From assembly GCF_006345805.1 (NCBI RefSeq), contig NC_043009.1:39990001-40054000 (forward strand): a stretch of 64,000 nt of DNA, read 5' to 3'. Below the pieces are notes generated by a model. That model saw only the letters and a list, made by a program, of their open reading frames with translations. It was not told the DNA's origin and searched no databases. How positions within the stretch are numbered: the first letter of the stretch is position 1; every line of letters begins with the position of its first letter. Below, piece after piece: positions 27,304 through 41,207 of the stretch. This DNA comes from Octopus sinensis (taxonomy: Eukaryota). The position numbers and the translations under genes are program-made.

Positions 27304-27580
27304 GTGTGTGTATAAATAATATATATATATATATACACATATATATGTACATATATTTATCTATCTATACATATGTATCCATGTATTTTGTATGTGTGTA
27401 TATATACACACATTCACATGATGGGCTTCTTTCAGTTTCCGTCTACAAAATCCATTCACTAGTTTTGGGTCGGCCCGAGACGACAGTAGAAGACACATGC
27501 CCAAGGTGCTACACATTGCGATTGAATAAAGGATGGCATGCTTACAAAGCAAGCTTCTTAGCTGCATAGCCACGCCCGCA
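26790..27580 (-). mobile_element. SINE family II, degenerate, with inserted DNA in the internal microsatellite
   Basis: Head at 27410-27580 and tail at 26790-26990, both on the minus strand. Confidence 0.55.
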
Positions 27581-27991
27581 CCTTTGACAGAATCTTGTTT
27601 TTAAAAATCAGTAGTAATTTAAGTATTATATAAATGCACATTTGCATTTCTTAATAAATAAACACTGATTTAGTTAAGAACTACATATATTTGCATATTC
27701 AAACAGATGAATTTATAAACCTGTAACTATATTTTAACGATAAGCTGGAAGATATTTCATTAAATTTCAGTTGCTCTCTGATTTAAGATAGATCAGAACA
27801 TAAACTTTCGAATGACACAAACCCATAAATCATTTGCTAAAATATGGCTGTTGAAACGTTGTTGCGAAATATAACGGAAGCAATCAATATTATCGATCCA
27901 ACGATTTGATATATATGAAAACTTTGAGGTATATATATATATAATATATATATATATAGTTTCTCATTGGTCAAATGAGCACTGCCTTTCC

Positions 27992-28069
<78 letters not shown>

Positions 28070-28230
28070 TATATATATATATATATATGTATGTATATAT
28101 ATAAATATGTATATATATATATATACACATTATATACATATATATATGAATAGATGTATGCATATATTTATGTATATATATGTATGTATATATATATATA
28201 AATAAATAAATAATATATATATATATGATA

Positions 28231-28261
<31 letters not shown>

Positions 28262-31200
28262 CAAGAGAGAGGTACACATATACGATATGCACATATATGC
28301 ACACGCATATATAAAGAACATTCACACAGATATATATATATCACATATGCATATCTGTGCGTATATGTGCTTGTGTGTGCGCGCGTGAGAGCGTGTGCGT
28401 ACGAGTGTACGTGTATGTGTGTGTGTGTATGAGTACATTCATTCATTGATACACGCATATCTACAAATGGGAGCTTGAGATTAAAGCATGCAAATATGCA
28501 CACACAAGCACGGACATACACGCGCACTTGGACATGCACATATTTATCCTTGAAATATGCTCGGCTAATTTTGGTATCGGTGATATTCTTCAAATACATT
28601 CCAACATTGAAGATAAATAAACAAGTAAACCATACGAAATGTTTATTAAAATAAAAACACGTCTTTTCAGTAATCATCTGACACCTCTTAAGATCCTCCC
28701 AGAGGGAGAATAATTACGTGGATATACACACGCAAATACATACATGTCTACGTGTCCGAAGACGTATTAACAGTATGATTCGTTAGATGATATTCGATTT
28801 TCAATGATATCCACTTCACTTCGTTTCTATGCTAATAATTCTTAGAAAAGCATGAACGTCAAAACTTGCCATTTTTCTCCTGCCAATAACAGACTTTACA
28901 TTTATATAAGAAACCGATATTAAAAATTGATATCAATAATTTGTATTCTGTCAGGACTTTTTTTCATATAGGTTTAACACAGGAGTTCCATTTCTGAGAA
29001 GTAGAAATAACACTCCTACCATGTAACCTTATTTATTTCCACAGTCTCTGGGCATATTTTTGCTCATTATGCAGCACCTTGTATAAGAAAATGATGAAAT
29101 AATTGTAATTATAAAGGAATTGCAGTAACGATGTTATGGAATTAATAAGTCAAAAAGAAGATAAGGAGATTTAACAAAGAATATCTAATGGAAAGAAATA
29201 AAAGACAAAAAAGACAGAAGGCACGAATCAAATATTGAAATACAGAATGAAATATATATGGGAATGAATAAAGAGAAAACAAAAGCTAATTATTCTAAGA
29301 AGATTTTAATTAACAAAACGTAAGCAGTGATGTCGTCAGAAAGGAGACAATGGAATGCATTCCAATGGGAATTCAACAAAAACACATTTATTCAATATTC
29401 TCCTTTCTTCGTTTCAGAAATTTTTCATTTTCTCTGTTTTGTTTTGTTTTTGTTTTTTGTTTTTGTGTTTTTAAATTTTCCATTTATTTCTAATTTCATT
29501 TTGCTTTCGTTTATCTTTTTCAATGATAATTTGTGTATATATAATGATTTTTCAAGTTTTATAACACCTCTAAATGACTATTCAGCACTTACACACAGAC
29601 ACACAACAGCACGCTCACACACACACACACACGCATACACACACAAACACACAATACGCAGACGCACATGTAATCTCAGTTTTAAAATTTGATTAATCTT
29701 CATTGAAAATTAACGAATCCAGTTTGTTGCTAGGAAGGTCATTCATTGTAATATATTGATTTCTGTCATTGCATAGAAGAGCAAAAATGTAGACAGAGGC
29801 TTATTCAAATTAATCGGCCCGTTATTTTATAGACCCTTAGATGAAGGAAAGGTTAAAGTGACTTGAAAGGATTTGAACTCAATATATATTAAAAAAATAT
29901 GATCACTACCTAGACAATTTCTATTTCTCACCGTCCCTTCTTTTTCATAATCCATAAGTACTAGTATGCACAGCAGACAAACATGCGTTCACGTATATTC
30001 ATACAGACGCTTATAAGGCCGTTTAGTTTATAATTAATTTAAATTAATTTAAAATGAGATTCAACTGTGAGAAGGTAATTCAACTGTGAGAACGGTTCAT
30101 AAAATAGTCGGTTTGTGTGTATCATGAAACAGAATTTGGCAGCAGGCTAGGTATGAATTGCAGTAACGTGGGAAACATCTAGAATAGGTTGAATGCTTAA
30201 GAAGATTCTTTTCCATTTAAACTCGAAGAAACGTTGCCCGTATATCTGAGGATTTGAGCACAGAATTCTTTCATAAGACCCCTCGAGTAAACTACAACGT
30301 TATTAAGGAAGGCATTCATGTTCTTTTCCTACACTTTCGCATATACTGCGGTCTGTTTCTACTACAAAAGGTATGATGATACTCTTATGCCCATGTTCCT
30401 AATGTGATTTCCTATACTCTTAAATTCATAATTTTGCATTTATCAGTGAGTTTGTTATATGCACTTCAGATGTTATCAGGCATTTTTCGTAAATGAGTTT
30501 GTCTCATGTAATAGTTTTCTAAATGGACTTGTGAGGTTTTGTTTGTACAAGTTTTCCTTTGGCGATTATATTGTACAATGCTTTTCTAAATGTGAAGGAT
30601 TGTTTCCCTTTGAACGACGCATCGATGAACATCACATTGTTTGCATGCACCGAGCCAGCCTTGACTACTTTCTTTTACTTTTTTACCATCTCCAGGATTT
30701 GGTATCTGGTATTTCCTCCCCCTTACAAAATTTGCTAAGAAAACGTTTATTTTTACATTTGCTGCCACAGCGGAACTCCTGATAACAAGATGTTTAGTGA
30801 CGTACAATTTCGTATAATACGAAGAGTAATTTCTTCCATTGACCCAAATCGCTGGCGATAATTTGTCATCTACAAAATTTAGTGTTTTGCTGAAGAGCTT
30901 GATGAGAGGTCAGTGGTCAGCTTCATGTTGGATGCTTTTTATTATACTTTTTCTAATTCCTAGATATTATCGATCGAGTTTATTTTACTTAGATATTTTC
31001 GATCGAGGTTATTTTAACCAAGATTAATGCCATCAATATACTAAGGGTACATTACCTTATGCGTGGATCTGTCCGCTAGGTACTGTTTCAGTTGCTTATC
31101 CCATCATACGAAGGAGAGGTCGGCTACGTCTCTAGGAATACTGACTGCGATGGCCGCACCCTTCTCTTATACGTATATATCATTATTAATAAATTTAAAC

Positions 31201-34200
31201 ATATGACTTGCCAGGATCGTTATTATGTTGGCGCTAACAGAATGTGCAATAATATTTCTTGTTCGTTGACGTTTAGAGGCATGTGGTTTATTCTTTGCAG
31301 TGCTCAGTTATAGATTTACTTTGAAGAAACACATCAACTTATTTCAAACATCAAACAAAAATTCTCAGTGAACTTCTTATGATATATATTTGCGAAAATG
31401 TGCTGCGAAACCTCCGAGACGCTTTTTACATCTTGCCTAGATTCTTTCTTATTTACGAGTTCACTCAAAGCAAGCATTGTATGAGTTCACTGAAGAATGG
31501 CCATACGTTCATGTTACCTTTGTAATACGATGTAACTTAAGCCTTGTGACGTCAGCTAACCAACAATAAATTATCCAATACTCTGTTTTATATATGAGAA
31601 GATCTAGATTTTAGAGTATTCGGGCTTCTTGGCTATTACCTAACCAGCACAAATCTCATGTAATAAGGATAACCTCGGTTTATCCCTTGTAGGATTTGAA
31701 CATAAAATTATAAATCCTTTAAATGTAAGCTCTCCATTAACGTTGCCTCTCAACGACCCAACCCCTCTTCTTCCAGCAACTAATTACCAATCTAATTAAG
31801 TAGACTTTATCAAGATAAAACCTTTCTTTTAAGGAGTAAAATCAATTTAGGATTTTCACAAGGAGAATATAAACGATTAAATGGCATGCTTAAAACTCTG
31901 TTATATAACGAAATAGAATCAGCCTGTAATACTTTTCAGCTGTTCCGTATAATTTAGCAATTTGCACTTTATAAAATATCGACATGAGTATCTGTGAAGA
32001 AATCAAAACACACATAATGGCTATTCTATCAGTTTTGAGAAATGGCATTGCTCAAGTTCATGACTTGTTTACTGTTGAAGTCTTAATCCACCCACAGATT
32101 TAAATGATTTCCTCCAGATTCCGTGTCGTTCTGAGTACGATTCGCCTCCTTATGTCACTGAATTAATGGAATTTGGTAATCCGGTCATTTATCAAATAAT
32201 ACAAGAGCATATCTCAGATTATAACATTACACAGAACTTAAGAGGCCTTTAAGCTATCGATAATGATTACTCAAGTAAAAAAAATAAACATTAGTAGTTG
32301 CTGACTTTTAGCGAATTGTTTCCATGGTGTGCACATGCGAACACATGCATTTTAATTCAGTAATGCGTTTAAGTGCATCTATAACTGCATGTGAATATGT
32401 GCAAAGATGTGCGCTATGAAAACACCCCAAGGTTAATTTTGACAAATTTTTATTTTGCTTTTCTGAAGAATATTTTCGATATCAAACTTCGTTGGTCTTA
32501 GCGATGTTTGTGTTCTTTCTTTACATACAAAAAATACTATATTTTAGCCGTGGGTGGCTGATAGAACATTTTTCATTCATGTATTACTCCTGATAAGAGA
32601 ATAACAAATGTATCGCAATTTCAGTTCAGTTAATTGAATTTTGATCTAAACTGTTTGTAGCTCACAACTGAATTTAATTTTGTAGATTAAAGAAAGTTAC
32701 TTTCAAGGTACTGCTACAGCTTGGTTCCGACTTCTGTCACAAGCACTCTTCTTATTGTCTTTATTACTGTTTACAATGGATATGAATGTTATCATTTCTG
32801 TTATATTTTATTTCAATTTTTGTTTCTCAAACACAGAGTCGGTCTGGACTCTCGTCGCTTCGACGAACGATGGTTTAACAAGATGCCGGTGTTTTGTTTT
32901 GCTGAACAACCCACACAATGAATTTTATTATAGTGAGCATGGTTTGTGCAGAGCCAGTTTCATTTTCCCTTCCTTCAAACCTGTACTGGTCTGATGCAAG
33001 AAGCATCACTAGCCTAGTTAACAGGATACAGGATTTGTATGAAGTTAGCTTCTCTAAATTGGGCAGTTAAAGAGATGAATGATTTCATCTCCCTTGCTTC
33101 GTACGGGATGTCTGTGAGTGAGCTTCCTCGGGAGACAGTTCAGTGTCATGTTAATTAATCGATAACTGGCACCGTAGCAGGTGCTACTACACTGGGAACG
33201 TAAAGTAAAGTTGGGAACATTAGCGACTGAAAGGTGATTCCATACTCTACAAAAACCAGGAAATCTGGAAAAAAGTCCCTCTATCGGATACAGAATAAAG
33301 TCATACCCAGGGCAAATAGAGAGTATTTTTGCTTCATGATCTTCTTGGTTATTTCAGTGATATTCTTTTCCAAGAAGATGCTGTAGTAATTTTGAAGTGA
33401 ATTATATTTTGTTCTATGATTTTAATTCTTGGTTATATAATTTATAAATAGAGAAATATAGTTATGTCTGTGTTACTTTATCGGTATGTTTACGCTGACT
33501 TTTAATATTCCCCAAAGGTATGATTCGGGTCAAAAGAAATGTAGAGCATCAAACTATATGTCTATGTATAGCTTCCGGGGTGTAAGTAAATTATACAGAG
33601 GCCAATATTGTCTTATATTCTGTTATTTTGGTGAAATATCTACCAACAGAATGCTGAGATTGATTCATTCGGCTGTATCTCTACTTCTTAAAAAGATTGG
33701 CCTCGTACCAACAGAAGAAGCCGATAATTACATACTATGGTGCCAATTAATTTGATTCCGAAAATGTCGTAGCATTGCTTCATCTCAGAGATGCTTAATA
33801 TATAATGAAGTTTAATGGTTCGCTTTTCATTATAATATTTTTATTTTAACTTATGCAGAAAATGCAACGATGATAGCTTCTTCAGTATCTTCGAAGCAGT
33901 CTGTAAACAATAAGTATTGCCCAGCATTCATTGACTCTGTCATAATCACAATGGTTAATATTTGTATGGAATATTAGTATACAACTTATGAAATATCTTC
34001 GTATATTCTGTAGATTTTACTCTTTCAAATATTCGTATATTTAGAAATGTGCCAATGTTCGATGAAAGAAATTCCATTAACAGCAGTAAAGTGAGCAGCA
34101 ATAAATTGCTGGTGTGCTAAATTAACGTGGAAGTCTCGTTTTCCAACTGAGCCATTACAGCACTTCCTGTTCCTGCAATTTTGGGCTGAAATCAATAGAA

Positions 34201-34912
34201 TATAGTGATATGGATTCCATTAGGTGAAGATGTCCTTGAAACACAACATGAAGACGGAGCCATTAGTCGTGCGCTAATTACAGTTGACCGAAAGCAATGA
34301 AATGTAAGGTTAGGATATGAAATCAAATTGAAACAAAACTAAAAGTAAGATGATGATCTACAGAGCCTTCTTGACCTAGCAGCGTTAATAATATTGATAA
34401 TTACATATCACTGTGTTCTTAATTGCAATATTTATTCAGGCGTTGTTTGAGTGTTTCCTTTTTAGTCACGCCACGAGAAAAGGTAGCTTTATGAATGCAT
34501 CCGAATTACGAGGCAAGATGTTGCTGTCTTCAACTTTGTATCTAATGCAATATTCATTTGTGTGTCTGTCTCTGTTTTATGTTTACGTAGGCAGTCTTGA
34601 ACCTTTATATTTGTGCTTGCAAAGTAAATAATTACCATTTAAATATTGGCATTGACAATTTCTGCATTCGTTTAACTTTCCCAATAAAATAAAGCTTCAA
34701 TTTGAAACAAATGTTCAAAAGAAGGAGCCAGCACTCCACTAAACTTACTGAAGACTGAGATACAGTCTTTGGTATAATTGGCAGCTATATGTAATTGAAT
34801 TATTATTTGTTGAATTATTTGGGTTGCCTCAGTTCAATACAATTGTTTGTTCGAATATTATACAGTAACAAGGTAAAATTATAGTTAGGAGACACAAAAG
34901 GTACATATAGCC

Positions 34913-35317
34913 GCAGGAGTGGCTGTGTGGTAAGTAGCTTGCTTACCAACCACATGGTTCCGGGTTCAGTCCCACTGCGTGGTACCTTGGGCAAGTGTCT
35001 TCTACTATAGCCTCGGGCCGACCAAAGCCTTGTGAGTGGATTTGGTAGACGGAAATGAAAGAAGCCCGTCGTATATATGTGTATATATATGTCCGTGTAT
35101 GTTTGTGTCTGTGTTTGTCTCCCTAGCATTGCTTCACAACCGATGCTGGTGTGTTTATGTCCTCGTCACTTTGCGGTTTGGCAAAAGAGACCGATAGAAT
35201 AAGTACTGGGCTTACAAAGAATAAGTCCCGGGGTCGAGTTGCTCGACTAAAGGCGGTGCTCCAGCATGGCCGCAGTCAAATGACTGAAACAAGTAAAAGA
35301 GTAAAAGAGAAAAGAGT
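34913..35317 (+). mobile_element. SINE family II, well-preserved reference copy
   Basis: GGAGTGGCTGTGTGGTAAG head, GGTTCAGTCCC B-box-like motif, internal TA/TG repeat, tail GGCGGTGCTCCAGCATGGCCGCAGTCAAATGACTGAAACAAGTAAAAGA. Confidence 0.9.
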
Positions 35318-37074
35318 AATATATAGTAATATTACATATTTGTGATACCGAAAATGACTAAACCGTTTAATATAATTTATACAGTTAGATTAAAGTTAAA
35401 TGCAGAATATTTATTTTCACACATAAACCATTGGAGTAGCTTATAACGAAAGATGTGTGACTAAATACTTTACTTTACTTAGTAACATTCTTTTACCTTC
35501 AGAATCAAAATTATGCTCCATCATCTAGAAAATAAGTACAAATCACAGAGTCGAGTCACTTTAAACGACTATAACATGCTCCTTAAAATAAGAAAAACTA
35601 TTGTCGTGTGTCCGTGTTAGGATTCATGAATTCTTCACTCATAAAAACTTCTTATCCATATACAGTAGTGAGATATTCTCTGAGAGCAGCTTTTGATTCG
35701 TTCTTCTACTTACTTCTCTGAAACATAATGTAATATCAAAGGAACTGCTAATAGCGATTCAGACAATAGACTGTATAAAGACTTACATTGGTAGCAGCCG
35801 ATAACGAAAAATGTTAAACGTTCAGCATGGTCGTCAAGCAAACAATGTGACGTATGTATCCGGGAAATGATTAGCTTCTGGAAAACAGGATTAGATAAAA
35901 TATGGAGAGATTACTTTAAAGTAATATCGATTGATATTGCATGGGCTTTCAAATAATTTGAAAAAGAGATAAGAAATGAGTAAATGAATGAGTGAATGAA
36001 TACATGAATGAAGAGAAGAATGAATATGAAAAATGCAAGACACAACGGGAACAAGAGAGGAGCAAAGAAAATTAGAAAAGATAAAGTAGTTTTATATTAG
36101 ATTACAAAATACAGTTACCTTTACGATCTCGGTACATTTCCATCGTAAAAGAACGAAATTAACTAACAGATTGAAGGCCTAAGATATTGTTATCACTTCT
36201 TCGATTTACTTTTGCTAAAAATAGTTTATGTAATTTTTCCTGTTGTTTTATATTCAAGCAAAGTTTTTAAACTTATCTATTTTCCGTTTCAACTTAAAGC
36301 GCACATCTCCAACTCATCTATAATTAAAATATCTTAATATTATTTTAAAATGCAGATGTTCCAATGGATTATTACTCGGTTCCGAGAATGTACCAAGTTT
36401 GTTTTTGATATTACAGGATATATGACAGACAATATTCTTATCAGCTTTTGGATGGAAAATATATATAAATATCTTAAAAACAATCAGGAAAAACATCCCT
36501 GAAAATAATAATCAGAATATCTATTTTAAAAATCTTCCCATCATATATTCTCTTGCATAGATTACATATGAGCTCACGGTTACGTTAGCATTTCAAGGTA
36601 TCATGGCAATGACAAATTATTGATAAATCCTCCAGGAATATTAAAAATGTCTCTTTCGTATTCATTGCGTGTTACGGATGAAACTAAATAATTACGTTCT
36701 TTACTTAGGATTCTTCAGGTTGTATACTAACATGAGATAAAACAATCAAATAAAAGTGCCTTTTATTCTAAAAGGGTTAGGTCATACTATTCTGAAAGTG
36801 AAAATATATCATTAATACTATATTGAGAGGAGTTACTGTGTCCATGTGAAACTGATCTGCTTAAGCAGATCAATTCCCTGCATGGTTATATGGTAAAGTG
36901 GTTCGCTTCCCCCACAACGACGATTCGAACTCAGACTCACTGTGTGGTGCCTTGCACCAACGTGTACCACTGTGGCCCTGCGGCGCTGACCATTACTGTT
37001 TGAAACAATTTTGGTGGACAGAAATTGTGGTGTAAGTCTGTCGTGTGTGTGTATGTGTGTGTGTATATATATAT

Positions 37075-37272
37075 ATTTCATCTTATTCATTTTATCTAGT
37101 TTCAGATCACGAGCCGTGGCCATGCTGCAGCACCGCCATTGAAACAATGTGCTATGCTTACTGCACCTAGGTTTCCAAGCGGTAACCCATCTAAGTACTG
37201 ACTAGGCTCGACGTTGCTTACCTTCGGTGATCAGACGAGAACCGGTGCTTTCAACGTGATATGGCCGTAAGC
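37075..37272 (-). mobile_element. 5S rRNA + CR1 3'-tail chimera (SINE3-like)
   Basis: The 5S head is followed after 15 nt by a 39/45 match to the LINE 3' end at 21556-21600. Confidence 0.75.
37156..37272 (-). pseudogene. Full-length 5S rRNA-derived sequence (117 nt) with no T-run terminator
   Basis: Minus strand reads GCTTACGGCCATATCACGTTGAAAGCACCGGTTCTCGTCTGATCACCGAAGGTAAGCAACGTCGAGCCTAGTCAGTACTTAGATGGGTTACCGCTTGGAAACCTAGGTGCAGTAAGC, a recognisable metazoan 5S with substitutions. Confidence 0.92.
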
Positions 37273-37394
37273 ATATAATATATATATATATACGTACGTA
37301 TGTATGTATGTATGTATGTATGTATGTATGTATGTATGTATGTATGTATGTATGCAAGTATGCATGTATGTATGTATATATGTATATTTGTATA

Positions 37395-37560
37395 TAGGAC
37401 TAGCTGTGTGTGGTACGTAGCTTGTTTACGAACCACATGGTTCCGGGTTCAGTCATGCTGCGTGACACCTTGTACAAGTATCTTCTATAGCCTAAGGCCG
37501 ACCAAAGCCTTGTGAGTGGATTTGGTAGACGAAAACTGAAAGAAGCCTGTGGTATATGTT
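37395..37560 (+). mobile_element. SINE family II head
   Basis: AACCACATGGTTCCGGGTTCAGTC...GTGAGTGGATTTGGTAGACGAAAACTGAAAGAAGCC. Confidence 0.8.
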
Positions 37561-37760
37561 TATATATATTTATATGTATATATATTTATGTATGTCAGAC
37601 AAACAGACAGACAAACAGACAGACAGTCATCCAAACATACATACATGCAAACAGACTGACAGACAAACAGACATACATACATACATACAGACAGACAGAC
37701 AAACACAGACAGACAGACAGACAGATATATAGATATATAGATAGATAGATAGATAGATAG

Positions 37761-39752
37761 ATATGTTTCTTTATTAGCCACACAGGGCTGCACACAGATA
37801 GAACAAATTACAAGGTAGAGCTTTTCTTTTGAAGGTTAAAAAAAAAAAAAAAAAAAAAAAAGGAAGGGGGAGTTTCGATCAAAGGGATCGTAAAAGGAGA
37901 GAAAGAGGACAAAAAAAGGGGGGTTAAAAAAAAAGGGGGAGAGGAAAGAAAAAAAAAAAATTTTTTGTAGCTATTTGCCATTCCTCACTGGTTTCGTCTT
38001 CCGACGAAATTTCTGAGGAATCAGAAGGGGGTAGGGGTATGTTGTGGGCTTCTATGTATGTCTGTGTAAGTGGTTGTGTTGTTGTTTTCGTTGTTGTTGG
38101 TTTTGAGTGTTTGTGTGTGTTGAGTGCGGTATAAGGGATGGGGGATCAGTTTGTGTGTTTTTCTTTGTTTTTCTGTTCCTTTGGGTTTTGCTGTTGTTGG
38201 TGGTGTTGGTATTTTTTCAGGTGTTGAGTGGTTTTTGGTTGATGACGGATTAGCTTGGTGTGCTTCTCTTGTCGTCTTCTGTGTTGATGGTGGTGTGGGT
38301 AGTAGAGCTTTTTTTCCGGAGTGCTTTGGTTGTGGTAGTGGTTGTTGTTGTTGCTCTTGGTGTGCAGTGGTTGGGCACGTCTTTTTCAAGTGTGTTTCGC
38401 TTCCACACAAATAGCAGCGTGGTCGCCTGCCCTCTACCACTATATAGAGTTTGTAGCCTCCTGGCAGTTCTCTATAGCGGTGGGTATCTTCTCTCTTGCT
38501 GCTTCATCATCCAATTGAAGCAGGAATTCGATTGATTTGCCCACATAGTCTTTCTCTCCTAGAACCGCGATTTCCAGGATGTTTGTCTCTGACATTGTCT
38601 CTGTCATTTCAAAGCAGATGGCAGAGACCAACCATTGTGTTTCGGTATGTTTTTTATTTGGACTTTCGTGACCCTTTTGTTTAAATAGACTGGTATCATT
38701 ACCAAGTCGTCCGAATGCAGCTCCAATGTGGAAAAACGTTTTGCTAAACTTTCGTTGAGGAAACGTACTTGGACTGTACCAATTTGTTTCCCCAACTGAT
38801 ATATTCCTTGGAGTCCCATGCAGGACGAAGGCATTTTCGATTTTTCCTGCGGTGCATTTTCTGTTCTTCTTGTTTTTATGTTTATTACTTTATAAATTAT
38901 TGTTTTTTTTGTGTGTTTTCCACGATGTGTGTGGAATGTGAAGGTGCAATTTGTCTCCTTCTTTGGAGAAGAGTGCCTTTGTGTGCGGTTTATCTCTTGT
39001 GTGGTGAATGTTACAATTGTTCTTTTTTGTTTTGTACGTCCGCAAAATTCGTTTTGAATTTGGCAGTAGAAGTGTTAATTGTGGCAGTGTTAATTGAAGT
39101 CATGGTAGTGGTGTTGGTGTTGGCAGTATTAGCAGCAGAAGGCTTGGATGTAGCATTTGACGTCGTAGTAGTTGTTTGGTGTTGGCGGTGTTGTCTTTGG
39201 TAGGCGGCTTTGTGCCAATTTCGTTCTTGTTGTTGTTGGTGGTGATGGTGGTGGTGCTGGCATTCATGTTTTCATTTGTATTCATTTTTGAAATCCCTTT
39301 CTCTGTCCCTTTATCATCAACAAGTGGTGTGGGGAGTGAGGGGAAATCTAAGTTAATGTCTTTGGTCGCGGCGATGGTGAATGCGACGTTAGATTTGTTG
39401 TTGTTGTTGGTGGTGGTGGTGATGGTGGTGACAGCGGTGTTCACGCTGCGATGTTTAGCAGCTAGTGGTAGCAATAGTGCTTTGCTACCGTTCTGCATGA
39501 CTGGCGGGCTAGCCACGTGGTTTCTAGTTGCCATTTTCAAAATGAAAAATGGCTAAAAAACCCACAAAAGTTTTGAAAGCTTTTTTGTAATTTCGCCCAT
39601 ACAGGGGCGGAATTCTACGTAAATAATTCTCAGGTTTTTTAGTGAATGAACTTGCACAACGATTAAAACAAAATATTTGACAACAAGGAGTTTTAAACAT
39701 GTAAAAGTGGCCAACTTACGTGGAGCCGATATGACTAGCGTCCGTCCATTGT
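37761..39752 (-). mobile_element. Tx1-clade LINE copy A: 5' UTR + ORF1 fused directly to the 3' UTR (no ORF2)
   Basis: ORF1 fragments, then an abrupt junction at ~37963 to the last ~200 nt of the family 3' UTR, ending at a (CTAT)n tract. Confidence 0.8.
37963..39534 (-). pseudogene. Tx1-type ORF1 (gag-like, CCHC zinc knuckle), frameshifted
   Basis: MATRNHV start, T/N-rich N-terminus, RRM-like IGTVQVRF..VTKVQIKNIP segment, RCYLCGSETHLKKTC knuckle, SDSSEISSEDETSEEWQIATKK end. Confidence 0.8.
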
Positions 39753-39770
39753 GAGAGAGAGAGTAGATAG

Positions 39771-39843
39771 ATATGTTTCTTTATTAGCCACACAGGGCTG
39801 CACACAGATAGAACAAATTACAAGTAGAGCTTTTCTTTTGAAG

Positions 39844-39878
<35 letters not shown>

Positions 39879-41155
39879 AAAGGGGAGTTTCGATCAAAAG
39901 GGATCGTAAAAGGAGAGAAGAGGACAAAAAAAGGGGGGGTTAAAAAAAAAAAAAAAAAAAAACGGGGGGGAGAGGAAAAAAAAATTGATCAATAGGGATC
40001 GTTATCACAGAAATGTCAATATGAAGTGTAAAGGGGAGGACAGGTGAGGTTTACCGTGGAAAGAAAAGCCTACGGAAAAGACCACGGTAACCTCGGTCAA
40101 TGAAGTCACATTTTATATTTCTTTTTTTTTTTTTTTTTTTGCAAATAAGCAACTCTCTGTTTTCGATTCTGGGTTCATAGGACTATGCTCAAGGTGGCTT
40201 CGTCATTCATACGTGCCATTCTTGCTACATTCACCCATCTTTTTTTAAAACATTCGCTAGACAAAACTTGCCTCTCTACTCTCACTTTCCTTTTCAAGTG
40301 GTACTTGAAGAAGTTGATGAGAGATTGACCAGAGAGGAAAGTGTTTTCTCCAATCCTTTCAGACGCGTCCACCAGATACATTCTTTCGCCATAGCCACAA
40401 GGATGATGAAAATAGCTCTTCCTTCCCGTTTGAAGGAAGGAGGCGTGACAATATTGACGATAGACTCAGCTGATAAACCGACTCCGTCCCACACGTGACA
40501 GCAGTTGTTCGACATAACCCACAGGTCGGAAATTGGTTGGACACTGAACGAGTGCGTGCAGAACGGTTTCGTTCGTCGCTGACCGCATCTCGGGCAGCGG
40601 CCCCGTGTTTCTCGAGCCGTGTCTGTAGAGCTTATCCCGAACGGGTAGCGCTTCTCGGTAGCACTGCCAGGCCAGGGATCTCTGGAAGTTGTCCATGGGC
40701 CCTGGCCCGAAAGTCGTCCCGAACAGGCGGGTCAGGTACTCCTCGTCGACGTCCAGGTTCGCCCCGAGCTCGTCGTCGTACCCCTCCCCTCCACTAAACC
40801 CCTATAGAATGCTTTGGTTGTTTGAAGTCACTTAAGGTCGACCCAGGACGGCAGAGTTGCTTGAGAGCACGCGACACTCGCGGTGCCATTCGCCCTTCCT
40901 CGGCTCTCTTTTTGATCCACGACTGCAGTTCGGTCATGGAGACGAGCTGCGGGAAAGCGTGCCTCACAAACGGCGACCACACCGTTCACCGTCGTCTACA
41001 TAGAGCCAGAGAGTCGCAGTCTCAGCGCGTGTCTGCGCATCATCAACCACGGCATGCCCAGCCCTCCTTTTAACGGGTGTTGACAGCAAATGGATCGCCT
41101 GACCCGGGACGCATCCTTTCCACAAGAAGCGAAAGAGGATGCGTTGTAGTTTGGT
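39771..41155 (-). mobile_element. Tx1-clade LINE copy B, 5'-truncated
   Basis: zf-RVT-like WQCYREALPVRDKL..CPRC..ETVLHALVQCP region plus 3' UTR. Both ends lie at ATAG repeats. Confidence 0.9.
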
Positions 41156-41164
41156 AGATAGATA

Positions 41165-41204
<40 letters not shown>

Positions 41205-41207
<3 letters not shown>

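Noticed and set aside
30150-30900. Possible Helitron Rep remnant on the minus strand (DNI*SAYN, NYEFKSIG, FCAQIL)
   Set aside because: Too degenerate to call without a profile search
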